Shown: positions 26,732 through 35,740, numbered from the stretch's first letter. The stretch: DNA of 64,000 bases from Candidatus Hodarchaeota archaeon (GCA_016840035.1 JAEOTC010000076.1:9419-73418); one strand, 5' to 3'. Made by a program: numbers and translations. Notes: a model not told the origin generated them from the letters alone.

Positions 26732-28435
26732 ATGAATCAGAAGAACGTAATTCTAGTAAAACTAGGTGGAAGTTTAATAACGTATAAACAAGATGAGGAC
26801 CGTATCAATAAATATTTATCTGTGATAGATCAATTTCGAGGAGGAACAGCGTCCTTAGAAGATTTAACTACCACAATAGCCCATCTCTTAAATACGAGTA
26901 CGTTGAAAGAAATTTTTAGAACTCTTAACATATATATAAAGAGTAATCCCATGTCAAAAGTTATTATAGTACATGGAGCTGGATCCATTGGACATTCTCT
27001 TGTATTACACTTGTTGAAATCGGAAACAGACTTAGAATACGTTTATCCGATTATCAAGCTCGCTGTTTCCATTCAGAATCATCTCATTGCTGGTTTAGGG
27101 ATACAATTTGGAATAAACGCAATCTCCTTCTCCTCACATCAAATCATGCTTGGATATCCTACTGATCGAACATCCTCTCCCCGAATTGATGCAGCTGATC
27201 TTTCCACCCTTGAAACAATGATTACGAACACAGATTCTGTTCCAATCTTTTTTGGAGATGTAGGGTTTGCTCAAGGAACACACGCGGATCTACCTGGAGA
27301 ATGGAAGGTTTTTTCTGGAGATTTAATCCCAAATGCACTAGCACGTAGTTTTTCTTACCTGCAAATTGATAAAGCGATCTTTTTGACACAAGTTCCAGGA
27401 AAAATGACTGGGATCTATTCTAAAGATCCATCATTGCCAGACTCTCAGCTGATTCGAAGGATTGAAGTTGGCCCTCGAACAAATCGTTACTATAATTCGG
27501 AGAATAATGAAATCCACTTTCAGCAAGAGGGTACTCAGTCAAAATTTGATGTAACTGATGCAATGGAAGGGAAACTAAGAAATTTAATTGGTTTAGCTCA
27601 TGAAAACGTTACTAGCTGGGTTATTGGATTCGAGGAATTTGATAAAGCATTACAAGGAGAAAATGTTGGGACAAGAGTCATTCCCGAGAAGGACCTTAAC
27701 ACCAATGTAGTATTCCTAGGAAGAGGAGATGCATTTGGATCAGGGGGGTATAAGAGCGCATCAATTCTCCTAGAGTTGGAAGTAAAAACGATATTGTTAG
27801 ATTGCGGTCCTCATACACTTCAAGCACTCAAAGCATCTGGCAGAGAAACTACTCAAGTTGATTGGATAGTCATTTCTCATTTTCATGGAGATCATTTTGG
27901 GGGGATCCCCTATTTACTCCTAGAATTGACGTTTCAACACCAAAGAACACATCCTTTGAAGATCATTGGCCCTCCAGGAATAGAGAAAATTGTGAATGAT
28001 CTTTTTACCGTACTTTATGAACGAGAATCATCAAAAACTCGTCCCTTCCCTATTGAATATACAGAAATTACCCCTGATACACCTTATGAGAACAACGGTA
28101 TTAAAATAAAAGCTTTTTCAATGAACCATACACCAGAGGCACAAGGATATAGAATACAATCGCGTTCGGTTACGATTGCTTATACAGGTGATACTGGTTG
28201 GACTGAGAACCTTATCCCGTTAATTTCTGACACACAGCTAGCGATATTGGAATGTAATTTCTACCAAAGCCAATTTGAAACCCATTTAAATTGGCAAGAA
28301 GTGCTTAAACTTTATAATCTTGCAGAAAAAACTGCCGTAATTCATCTTGGTGCAGAAATGGTTACAGAGGTTCACAGACTAATTGGCCAAAAGGGCCTAT
28401 TGATTCCACTCGAAGGCCAAATCATCCGAATTTAA
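26732..28435 (+). CDS. Fusion: isopentenyl-phosphate-kinase-like (amino-acid-kinase fold) N-domain + metallo-beta-lactamase-fold C-domain
   Basis: N-domain: VILVKLGGSLITYK, IIVHGAGSIGH, SGD, DVTDAMEGK (IPK-type motifs). C-domain: HFHGDHFGG (HxHxDH), later ..MNHT.. and ..YTGDTG.. (MBL/RNase Z-like). Confidence 0.8.
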   Translation: MNQKNVILVKLGGSLITYKQDEDRINKYLSVIDQFRGGTASLEDLTTTIAHLLNTSTLKEIFRTLNIYIKSNPMSKVIIVHGAGSIGHSLVLHLLKSETDLEYVYPIIKLAVSIQNHLIAGLGIQFGINAISFSSHQIMLGYPTDRTSSPRIDAADLSTLETMITNTDSVPIFFGDVGFAQGTHADLPGEWKVFSGDLIPNALARSFSYLQIDKAIFLTQVPGKMTGIYSKDPSLPDSQLIRRIEVGPRTNRYYNSENNEIHFQQEGTQSKFDVTDAMEGKLRNLIGLAHENVTSWVIGFEEFDKALQGENVGTRVIPEKDLNTNVVFLGRGDAFGSGGYKSASILLELEVKTILLDCGPHTLQALKASGRETTQVDWIVISHFHGDHFGGIPYLLLELTFQHQRTHPLKIIGPPGIEKIVNDLFTVLYERESSKTRPFPIEYTEITPDTPYENNGIKIKAFSMNHTPEAQGYRIQSRSVTIAYTGDTGWTENLIPLISDTQLAILECNFYQSQFETHLNWQEVLKLYNLAEKTAVIHLGAEMVTEVHRLIGQKGLLIPLEGQIIRI

Positions 28436-28440
28436 ACAGG

Positions 28441-28719
28441 TCATCGAACTTTTCCTAGTGATTCCAATCGCCATACAATATTTTTCCTTTTTCCATCCAC
28501 CATTGTAACTACTCGATAGGAAACCTTCCCCTCGACTCGCATTTGAGTTAATACCATTGGAATTCTATCAGCACAGTCTTGATTAAACATACTTACACGA
28601 TCAACAATCTCAGTTGTACTTGCTTCTTGGAGCTCTCGCAAAACAACCTCTATCCATTTTTCCGTTCCAGAGGTATCAGAGTTATCCATTTTGAGTGAAT
28701 CTCCAGTTTCATTCTTCAT
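28441..28719 (-). CDS. Small winged-helix-like protein, divergent from the GTPase gene
   Basis: 92 aa. ..STTEIVDRVSMFNQDCADRIPMVLTQMRVEGKVSYRVV.. shows an HTH plus beta-wing pattern. Confidence 0.5.
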   Translation of the reverse strand: MKNETGDSLKMDNSDTSGTEKWIEVVLRELQEASTTEIVDRVSMFNQDCADRIPMVLTQMRVEGKVSYRVVTMVDGKRKNIVWRLESLGKVR

Positions 28720-28968
28720 AAAACAAGGGAAAAAACATCTATTTCAGTATCAGTCTGTTTTGGTCAGGAATACGAATTTGTATTTATTTCAGTTACCTTA
28801 TATTTGAAAGAATTTATGAGATTAAATTGTATTCTATCATCATACGATATTTTAAGATTAACAAGTAAAGAAATGGGGATTAAAAGTATCTTCATCCTAC
28901 CATGCCTCCAAGTATAAAACTTAAAAATGTCGAACTCGGATAAGAACGCAAGTTTTAGGCGGAAAATC

Positions 28969-29529
28969 ATGACAAATAAAGAAATTAAGCATGTATTAAA
29001 AATACTCTTACTTGGGGACGGAGCTGTAGGTAAAACTTCGTTAATTTTGAGATTTATAGAAAATAAATTCAAGGATGAATATTCAGTTAGCTTAGGCGTT
29101 GATTTTCTAACTAAAACAATTGAATTCATTGATGAAGATGATATTAAGCGAACTGTTTCTCTACAGGTCTGGGATATCGCAGGACAGGCCCGACATGTCT
29201 CCTATTCACATCTATATTTGAAAGGGGCATTAGGTGCTTTCTATGTATTTGATTTAACAAGAAAGGAGACTCTCGCCCATATTCAGAATCGTTGGCAACT
29301 TCAGGCTCTCAAAGCATCGCCCAACCATCTTGGAATCCTTATTGGAAATAAGGCTGACCTAGTTAAGGAACGAGATATTCCAAAAACACAATTAAAGAAA
29401 ATAATTGATAGTATGCACGTCTTTGATTTCATTGAGACCTCCGCGAAGACCGGCAGGAACGTTAACAAGGCTTTCCGAGTGTTAACCACAGAAATCCTTA
29501 ACGTAAAACCAAAAAAATTCCTGAAGTGA
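28969..29529 (+). CDS. Rab/Ras-like small GTPase
   Basis: G1 GDGAVGKTS; switch I YSVSLGVDF (Rab-like TIGVDF); G3 WDIAGQ; G4 GNKADL; G5 ETSAKTG. No C-terminal Cys prenylation motif; the tail is basic (KPKKFLK). Confidence 0.9.
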   Translation: MTNKEIKHVLKILLLGDGAVGKTSLILRFIENKFKDEYSVSLGVDFLTKTIEFIDEDDIKRTVSLQVWDIAGQARHVSYSHLYLKGALGAFYVFDLTRKETLAHIQNRWQLQALKASPNHLGILIGNKADLVKERDIPKTQLKKIIDSMHVFDFIETSAKTGRNVNKAFRVLTTEILNVKPKKFLK

Positions 29530-29533
29530 GAAC

Positions 29534-30304
29534 ATGTCCCCTTTAACTGAATTTAAAGCTGTGAAAGCATTTTTTATTTTTGAGAAGGATCAAGGTACAA
29601 CACTCTTCACACGATCATACGAACGAAGCTCTACTGCTCCCGATGCACATCTAGTGGTGGCATTTCTAACCGCAATGTTTTCCTTTGCTAAAACAACTTC
29701 ATTAAGTGACCTCCGCGTTGTTGATATGACTGATATTCGGTTTTCTTTTATTGAGAAAAATGGGCTAATTTTTGCAGTTTTAGTCTCCCCATTAGTATCT
29801 CCGCTAGATATCCAATTTAAATTGTCCACTATTGCGAGTTTATTTTTTTCTGACTACGGGGCAAAATTAGAATCAATAGATATTGTCGACACGGAAATGT
29901 TTTCAAGTTTCAATGATTGTGTGGATGAAGTATTTACTGGGGAAACACGACAGATGCTTAAATCTTCAAAAAATGCGGCACTGTTTTACCTAAAAAAATT
30001 AGTTTCTAAAGAGGAAACGGGGGCGCGTGGTGCAATGATTTTATCTTTCACTGGTGATATACTCTTAGAATATAAGATGGACCAACCACGTATGGCTGCT
30101 GCTATTCGTATACTAAATGTTGGAACATACATGACAAATCTCCGATATCTAGTTGTAGCTTCGGAGTCAACTCATTTAGTGGCGTATAAAATAAGTGAAG
30201 GATTACTGCTTGCCGTTGATGGTCACCCCTCATATGGATTAGAAGATCTTGTGGTAAATGTTTCAGAAACAGTCAAGCAGATTAAGGAAATAATCCCTCA
30301 TTAG
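29534..30304 (+). CDS. Two-domain longin-like + Roadblock/LC7(MglB)-like protein, putative GTPase regulator
   Basis: Starts 4 nt after the GTPase stop. N-half pattern is beta-beta-alpha-beta-beta-beta-alpha (FFIFEKDQGTTLFTRSY..AFLTAMFSFAK..LRVVDM..RFSFIEKNGLIFAVLVS). C-half (GARGAMILSFTGDILLEY..AAAIRILNVG..LRYLVVASESTHLVAYKISEGLLLAV) has a roadblock-type pattern. Confidence 0.75.
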   Translation: MSPLTEFKAVKAFFIFEKDQGTTLFTRSYERSSTAPDAHLVVAFLTAMFSFAKTTSLSDLRVVDMTDIRFSFIEKNGLIFAVLVSPLVSPLDIQFKLSTIASLFFSDYGAKLESIDIVDTEMFSSFNDCVDEVFTGETRQMLKSSKNAALFYLKKLVSKEETGARGAMILSFTGDILLEYKMDQPRMAAAIRILNVGTYMTNLRYLVVASESTHLVAYKISEGLLLAVDGHPSYGLEDLVVNVSETVKQIKEIIPH

Positions 30305-30458
30305 CCTTGAGACTTAAAAAATATCGGAACTAATAGGATAATTTTGATATCTTTAACAAAACCCTCAAGTAATGAGATCGATCAGCATAAATTAGAACGA
30401 TAAACAAGGTTCCTATCACCTTATATGTGAACTAACTAAGATTTAAAGGTGTACCCAG

Positions 30459-30935
30459 ATGGAAAATGCTTCTTTTTTTCAACAACCCCCATTCAGTGAA
30501 TTTCCGTTCAATACATTCCCCCAAATAATGGACAAGCTAGAATATCTCGGCCGTGATGAGGAACAAACACCATATGAAATTTCTCCAGGAACTGACCTGT
30601 GCATCAGTGATACATATTATTCATTAGGGTTTTTAACCTTTCTTTGCTCCTTTGGTAGGGTGAAAACCAATGATGGCAAATGGTTTTTGGATCCCAAAGG
30701 AAAACCTATTGCTGAAAAGCCGTATCGGTATGCCTTAATTTCTGATGCAGTCTCAATCCTAAAAGAACTATTGAAGGGAGCCAAAACTATAAAAGAGCTT
30801 GATGAATCGTTATCTACCTTGTCTACGGATGATATAACATTATATCTCAAGATTCTAAGTTTAATTACTCAAAAGGGGAAGGTTATTCAAGAAGCAAAGG
30901 GTTGGGACGCTACCTATGTACTTAAAGATTGGTAA
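30459..30935 (+). CDS. Hypothetical protein with F/P-rich N-terminus and two winged-helix-like halves
   Basis: 158 aa; AGGTG lies 8 nt upstream of the ATG. QQPPFSEFPFNTFPQ is followed by two HTH-plus-wing-like segments (..FLTFLCSFGRVKTNDGKWFLD.. ; ..ITLYLKILSLITQKGKVIQEAKGWDATYVL). Confidence 0.55.
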   Translation: MENASFFQQPPFSEFPFNTFPQIMDKLEYLGRDEEQTPYEISPGTDLCISDTYYSLGFLTFLCSFGRVKTNDGKWFLDPKGKPIAEKPYRYALISDAVSILKELLKGAKTIKELDESLSTLSTDDITLYLKILSLITQKGKVIQEAKGWDATYVLKDW

Positions 30936-31060
30936 GATTAATCTTTGAAGTTCCTCACATTAGCAATACTTACAATCACATTAGTCTAACTCCTTCAATG
31001 TATCCTAGTTCCTTTCAAGAGGAAATAAAAACACAATTTTACTTCAAATTTGGGATTATC

Positions 31061-32125
31061 ATGACCGATGTTGACTTAAATTCATTAAAACAAACCCAAC
31101 GCGAACTTTCTGAAATTATTGGAGTCTCAGGATTTGAATTGCCTGTAGTTGAATATATTCAATCCAAAATTGAGAGCTTAGTTGATAAAGTTTGGATTGA
31201 TCCCTTAGGTTCATTACTAGCTGTAAAAGAAGGAGAAAATCCTACGGAAAGGATTCTTCTTGATGCGCATGTGGATGAAATTGGATTTATGATTAGTTAT
31301 ATTGAACCAAAGGGATTTTTACGTTTTGTACCTATCGGAGGATGGGATACTCGAATTTTACTTGGACAATCAGTGAAGATCATTGGAAAAAATAACCAGA
31401 TATATGACGGAATAACGGGTTCTAAACCTCCTCATCTAACAACACAGAAGGAACGAGAAACAGCGGCAAAAATATCTGAGATGTATATTGATACAGGAAT
31501 GTCATCAGAACAGATTAAAGAAGCAGGAATTGATATTGGTTCCGTAGGAACCTTATATGATCCATTTCTTGAATTTCCCAATGGTATGATTAGAGGGAAA
31601 GCTTTTGATGATAGAACGGGAGTGAATGTCCTGATTCATATCATCAAAGAATTTTCAAAACGAAATCATAATGATTCACTGCTTTTCAGCTTTACTATGG
31701 GAGAGGAAGTAGGAGGACGAGGCGCGGGTCCCGCTGCTTTTTCATTAGATCCAACAATGGCTGTAGCAATTGAAAATACAACCGCGGCTGATGTTCCAGG
31801 AATTCGGGATTCCGAATGTCCAGCTTATATTGGTCGAGGGCCAGCGATTTCTATCGCAGATCGTTCGATGATTGCGCATGCTAAAGTCAATAAACGGTTA
31901 ATTGAGAATGCAAAATACGAAAATATTCCATACCACATGAAAAAGCCAATTTTCGGGGGAACTAATGCTGGAATCATCCATAAAACACGAGCAGGTATTC
32001 CATCCTCCGTTGTTTCTGTACCGTGTCGATATATTCATTCACCAACATCCTTATTATTACTTAAGGATATTTATCACACAGTACAGTTGCTATCAGCATT
32101 TATTAGAAATCCTAAATCGGTATAA
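31061..32125 (+). CDS. M42-family (TET/FrvX-like) aminopeptidase, paralog of 25668..26702
   Basis: ..LSEIIGVSGFE.., LDAHVDEIGFMI, FDDRTGV and PCRYIHSP motifs. The track's TTG at 30929 overlaps the upstream gene, so ATG 31061 is preferred. Confidence 0.85.
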   Translation: MTDVDLNSLKQTQRELSEIIGVSGFELPVVEYIQSKIESLVDKVWIDPLGSLLAVKEGENPTERILLDAHVDEIGFMISYIEPKGFLRFVPIGGWDTRILLGQSVKIIGKNNQIYDGITGSKPPHLTTQKERETAAKISEMYIDTGMSSEQIKEAGIDIGSVGTLYDPFLEFPNGMIRGKAFDDRTGVNVLIHIIKEFSKRNHNDSLLFSFTMGEEVGGRGAGPAAFSLDPTMAVAIENTTAADVPGIRDSECPAYIGRGPAISIADRSMIAHAKVNKRLIENAKYENIPYHMKKPIFGGTNAGIIHKTRAGIPSSVVSVPCRYIHSPTSLLLLKDIYHTVQLLSAFIRNPKSV

Positions 32126-32227
32126 CGGATAGAATTCGAATAAGGGCAATTTACGAGTTAATATGGGATGCAAAGGATCATAAGTAGTGAACAGACTTAA
32201 ACTGGTAGTGAATGGAGATTAGCTGGA

Positions 32228-34594
32228 ATGACTGAAGAATCGGTAATTTGGGATTTAAAGGATATTAAGAGTAAAGATACGGAAATAAAGTGGACTGCTG
32301 TTAATAATCTGAGTAAATTCTTAACTGATAACCCCGAAAATTTTCGTTCCCGGATGATCATTAAATCATTTCTAACCATGATAAATGATCCTCATGATGG
32401 AATCCGTGAAACCATTTTCTCAACTTTAATGCGAAAACTTCAACCAAAGCAAATTGAGGGACTCATTAAGCGTGGGTTGGAAGATTCAAGTCCAAGTATA
32501 CGGTCCTTAAGTTTAGAATGGTTAAATACGACAAATCACAATACTATTACTACTCAAGCTATAGCTAGCTTACAAGATCCAAGTGAAGCAGTACGGAAAA
32601 TCGCTTTAGATATTGTAATAGCACGGGATATAAAGGGAGTTGAACAGAGATTATTGGAACTCCTTAGAAAGGAGAAAGGTGGATTACGTAGGACTGTTAT
32701 TTATGCTTTAGGGAAAATGCAGACTGTTGAAGCAGTAGGCACTCTTGTTGAAATAATGAGAAATCAAGAGTTTGATGATTGGACTAGAAATCAAGCTAGT
32801 TCGGCATTGGAGCATTTAGGAGGGAAAGAATTAATAATTCCCTTTATTGGAAATTTAATTGACGAGAATGATTATGTTCGTCAAACTGCAGCCGCTTTTT
32901 TAAAGAAGAATGAAGCTGATGTGCTTTCCGTCATCTTGAATCAAGCTAAATTGGATTATGTTGCTCTTCTTCAGCATGCAACGTCAACTACAAAGCAGGA
33001 CTTTAGTGGAGTGATAAAAACTCTAACAACTCAAATGGCTACTACGATACTTTCTCTTACAGATCAGCTTCAGGGGCGCGAGCAATTCTCAATACATACT
33101 TTATCTGAAGAATGGGGGGCCTCACCAATTGCAGTACGTATTATTCTTAGCAATTTCCTTGATCTTAGACTCTTTCCCCAACAAGAAGACAAATTTTACA
33201 CTGAATTAGGATTAAAGAACATTCTAATCAAGGAAGTTCAAGAAAGAAATTCTCTTGATCTTAAAAGTATAAAGAAAGAGTCTCCTTTTGATACAATAGA
33301 ACTTGAGGTTATTAAAGAAATATTAGGATCCATTGATACTATTCAATGTGTTTTCATGAATTTATATGTCAGTAGACAAACGTTTATGGAGATTTCCGAA
33401 GAATTCAAAGCTAGCGGCCAATTACCCCTCAAAACAATAAGTGACAAAGTGAATCAACCTCTAGAAATCGTTACAGAGGAATTTACAAAAGGTTTGATTC
33501 CCTCCGATGAGGGATGGATTAATAATCAAGGCGAATTTCTTACTCTCAAATTTATCGGTCAAAAGGTTCAAGAATCTCTTTCAAAATATCATATTATTGG
33601 CATAAAACCATTCTTACATAGCTTAGGGGAACCTAATGTTGATCATGCTGTATTGAGGAGGATTATTGAACGACATTCTGCTGGAAAGTGGTTAAATGAC
33701 ATTCAAGTTTATATCACTGCAGATGAGTTCAAGGAGATTGAAGAAAATTCGGTTAGAATTGATGAAGAAATTGTTAGGCATCTACTCGAGCCTATAGACA
33801 TGAAATTTCCAGTCTTTCTGGAAAGCTTACAAAAAGTTCTTGAAATAAGCACATATCAATCTTCAGGGGGACAGTTAATATCACTAGAAAGTCTTTACCC
33901 CCTTATTCAGCAGGAAATCAAGGAGAAGAGATATTTACCTCTAGATGGGTTTTTGGAGAGTAATGCTTTGGAATTAAATGTAAAACCTGTGATCCTTGAG
34001 TATTTAAATCAGAATTACCAGGGTAGGACTGATAATAATTCCGTCTACTTCTTTACAAATGATGTTTTAAGGGATGTACAAACAGAGTTTCAAAACAAGA
34101 CCCGTGTAAATTATAGTGTACTTGGGTTTAAACTGAATTTACCTATTGAGATTTTACAACAAATTATTATTGAAATTCTTAAAATTTCAGGAATTCACAA
34201 TAACCTTGGAGAATTCATTACTCTTGACGGTGTTAGGAACGAATATAAGCAAATTATCACCCATAAAGCAGAGTTCCCTTTAATCACCCTCCATGAAATC
34301 TTAGAAGTTATCGAGAATCAAAAAGCAATCAAAGCAATCGCCGACATTATAAAAAAGGATCCAGCAATTTATTTGTCTGTAAATGAAAAGCAAGTCTGGA
34401 CAAATCGTCGTGCGATCGAAATTGTCAACAGATTTTTGAAAAATCCCTCAAATTTAACCAGAAAGTCAATTTCTCTTTCAGAAATTAGCCAAGAAACAGA
34501 AGTATCTCGATCTGACCTCGCCAATATCATTAATACGCTCACAGAGAAAAATCTAGTGCGTGGAAGAATAAAGAAGAATAAATACGTCCAATAG
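32228..34594 (+). CDS. HEAT (PBS-lyase-type) repeat protein followed by an array of winged-helix-like modules
   Basis: The N-terminal ~230 aa hold at least 6 HEAT-like repeats (DPHDGIRETIFSTL, DSSPSIRSLSLEWL, DPSEAVRKIALDIV, RRTVIYALGKM, DWTRNQASSALEHLG, DYVRQTAAAFL). The remaining ~550 aa are a repetitive run of ~60-75-aa HTH/wing-like segments, ending ..SLSEISQETEVSRSDLANIINTLTEKNLVRGRIKKNKYV. Confidence 0.75.
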   Translation: MTEESVIWDLKDIKSKDTEIKWTAVNNLSKFLTDNPENFRSRMIIKSFLTMINDPHDGIRETIFSTLMRKLQPKQIEGLIKRGLEDSSPSIRSLSLEWLNTTNHNTITTQAIASLQDPSEAVRKIALDIVIARDIKGVEQRLLELLRKEKGGLRRTVIYALGKMQTVEAVGTLVEIMRNQEFDDWTRNQASSALEHLGGKELIIPFIGNLIDENDYVRQTAAAFLKKNEADVLSVILNQAKLDYVALLQHATSTTKQDFSGVIKTLTTQMATTILSLTDQLQGREQFSIHTLSEEWGASPIAVRIILSNFLDLRLFPQQEDKFYTELGLKNILIKEVQERNSLDLKSIKKESPFDTIELEVIKEILGSIDTIQCVFMNLYVSRQTFMEISEEFKASGQLPLKTISDKVNQPLEIVTEEFTKGLIPSDEGWINNQGEFLTLKFIGQKVQESLSKYHIIGIKPFLHSLGEPNVDHAVLRRIIERHSAGKWLNDIQVYITADEFKEIEENSVRIDEEIVRHLLEPIDMKFPVFLESLQKVLEISTYQSSGGQLISLESLYPLIQQEIKEKRYLPLDGFLESNALELNVKPVILEYLNQNYQGRTDNNSVYFFTNDVLRDVQTEFQNKTRVNYSVLGFKLNLPIEILQQIIIEILKISGIHNNLGEFITLDGVRNEYKQIITHKAEFPLITLHEILEVIENQKAIKAIADIIKKDPAIYLSVNEKQVWTNRRAIEIVNRFLKNPSNLTRKSISLSEISQETEVSRSDLANIINTLTEKNLVRGRIKKNKYVQ

Positions 34595-34620
34595 ATTCTC
34601 CTGAAGGGATATTGAAGAAA

Positions 34621-35337
34621 ATGAGTACACCTCTACATATAATTGTCGATCATCGAGAACCTCCAGAAATCAAAAAGAGATTAAAAAAACTAGGCATGGA
34701 GATAAAGGAAGAGCAGTTGGATATTGCGGATTACGTCCTTTCTGAAACTGTTGCTTGTGAACGAAAAACAGGGGTAGATTTAATTTCTTCAATTATGGAT
34801 AATCGCCTGTTTGAACAAATAGATCGGTTAATTGACACCTATGAGCAGCCTGTATTAATTTTAGAAAATCTAGAATTAGCTTTCGAGCGTACTGAATGGA
34901 AAAAAAGAAAAAAGCATGTTTTTGGCGCGTTAACATATATTTTTTTGCGGAGACAAGTTCCTGTTGTACCCACAACACGAAAAAGTGAAACAGCGATTCT
35001 ATTAAATCGAATTGCATCATGGACTCAGGAGGAGAAGACTGATCCACTAATCGCACGTAAGTCTCCAAAAAAACGTACTCTAAGAGATGATCAGCTTTTC
35101 TTTCTTCAAGGATTGTATAACACTGGCCAAAAGAAGGGAGAAATTTTATTAGATTCATTTGGAAATAGTCCGGAAGAAGTATTAAATTCAATTCTTACAA
35201 CTGATGTTTTATATACTAAAACAGGTAATCCTAAAGGGCTTGAAGGGCCAATGAAAGGAATTGAGGGATTTGGACCAAAATATGTTTTGAGTAATCAGCG
35301 ACTACTCCGTACATCAAACAATGAAAAATCGGATTAA
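34621..35337 (+). CDS. Short-form ERCC4/XPF-family structure-specific nuclease with (HhH)2
   Basis: IIVDHRE..., nuclease motif ADYVLSETVACERKTGVDLISS (GDx(n)ERKxxxD type), and two C-terminal HhH elements (LQGLYNTGQKKGEILL; IEGFGPKYVLSN). No helicase domain. Confidence 0.8.
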   Translation: MSTPLHIIVDHREPPEIKKRLKKLGMEIKEEQLDIADYVLSETVACERKTGVDLISSIMDNRLFEQIDRLIDTYEQPVLILENLELAFERTEWKKRKKHVFGALTYIFLRRQVPVVPTTRKSETAILLNRIASWTQEEKTDPLIARKSPKKRTLRDDQLFFLQGLYNTGQKKGEILLDSFGNSPEEVLNSILTTDVLYTKTGNPKGLEGPMKGIEGFGPKYVLSNQRLLRTSNNEKSD

Positions 35338-35356
35338 CTCCCAAATTCTCTCATTA

Positions 35357-35620
35357 TCAATCCCAAACGTACCGAGCAGAGTCATATCTTGATCCTTGTG
35401 TACTTAATTCCTGATTAACAAAATGAAACATGCTTAGAATACATTCCTGCGGTTGATTTTCGGTACAAATTGATATCCATGTGCAATCTAATTCACAAAA
35501 AGGAAAAGGAATGATCTTTAACTTTTTCCTAAGTCGTTTTAATTCAGATAACAGAAGACTGTGTGTTGTACTTTGAGGCCTAGCTGTTTCCCTAAAATCA
35601 AGTTTTAAATCGGTATGCAT
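35357..35620 (-). CDS. Possible small hypothetical protein
   Basis: 87-aa ORF in a 400-nt convergent spacer, 120 nt downstream of panB on the same strand. No recognisable family. Confidence 0.25.
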   Translation of the reverse strand: MHTDLKLDFRETARPQSTTHSLLLSELKRLRKKLKIIPFPFCELDCTWISICTENQPQECILSMFHFVNQELSTQGSRYDSARYVWD

Positions 35621-35740
35621 TACACAATCAATACTATAGAGAAATCTAGGGTTTATAAAAACTCCTATGATTCTTATATAGGATCAAACAGAGAGAGATC
35701 ACCGATTATGACGAAAATGAACTTATCCTATCTTGAAAAT

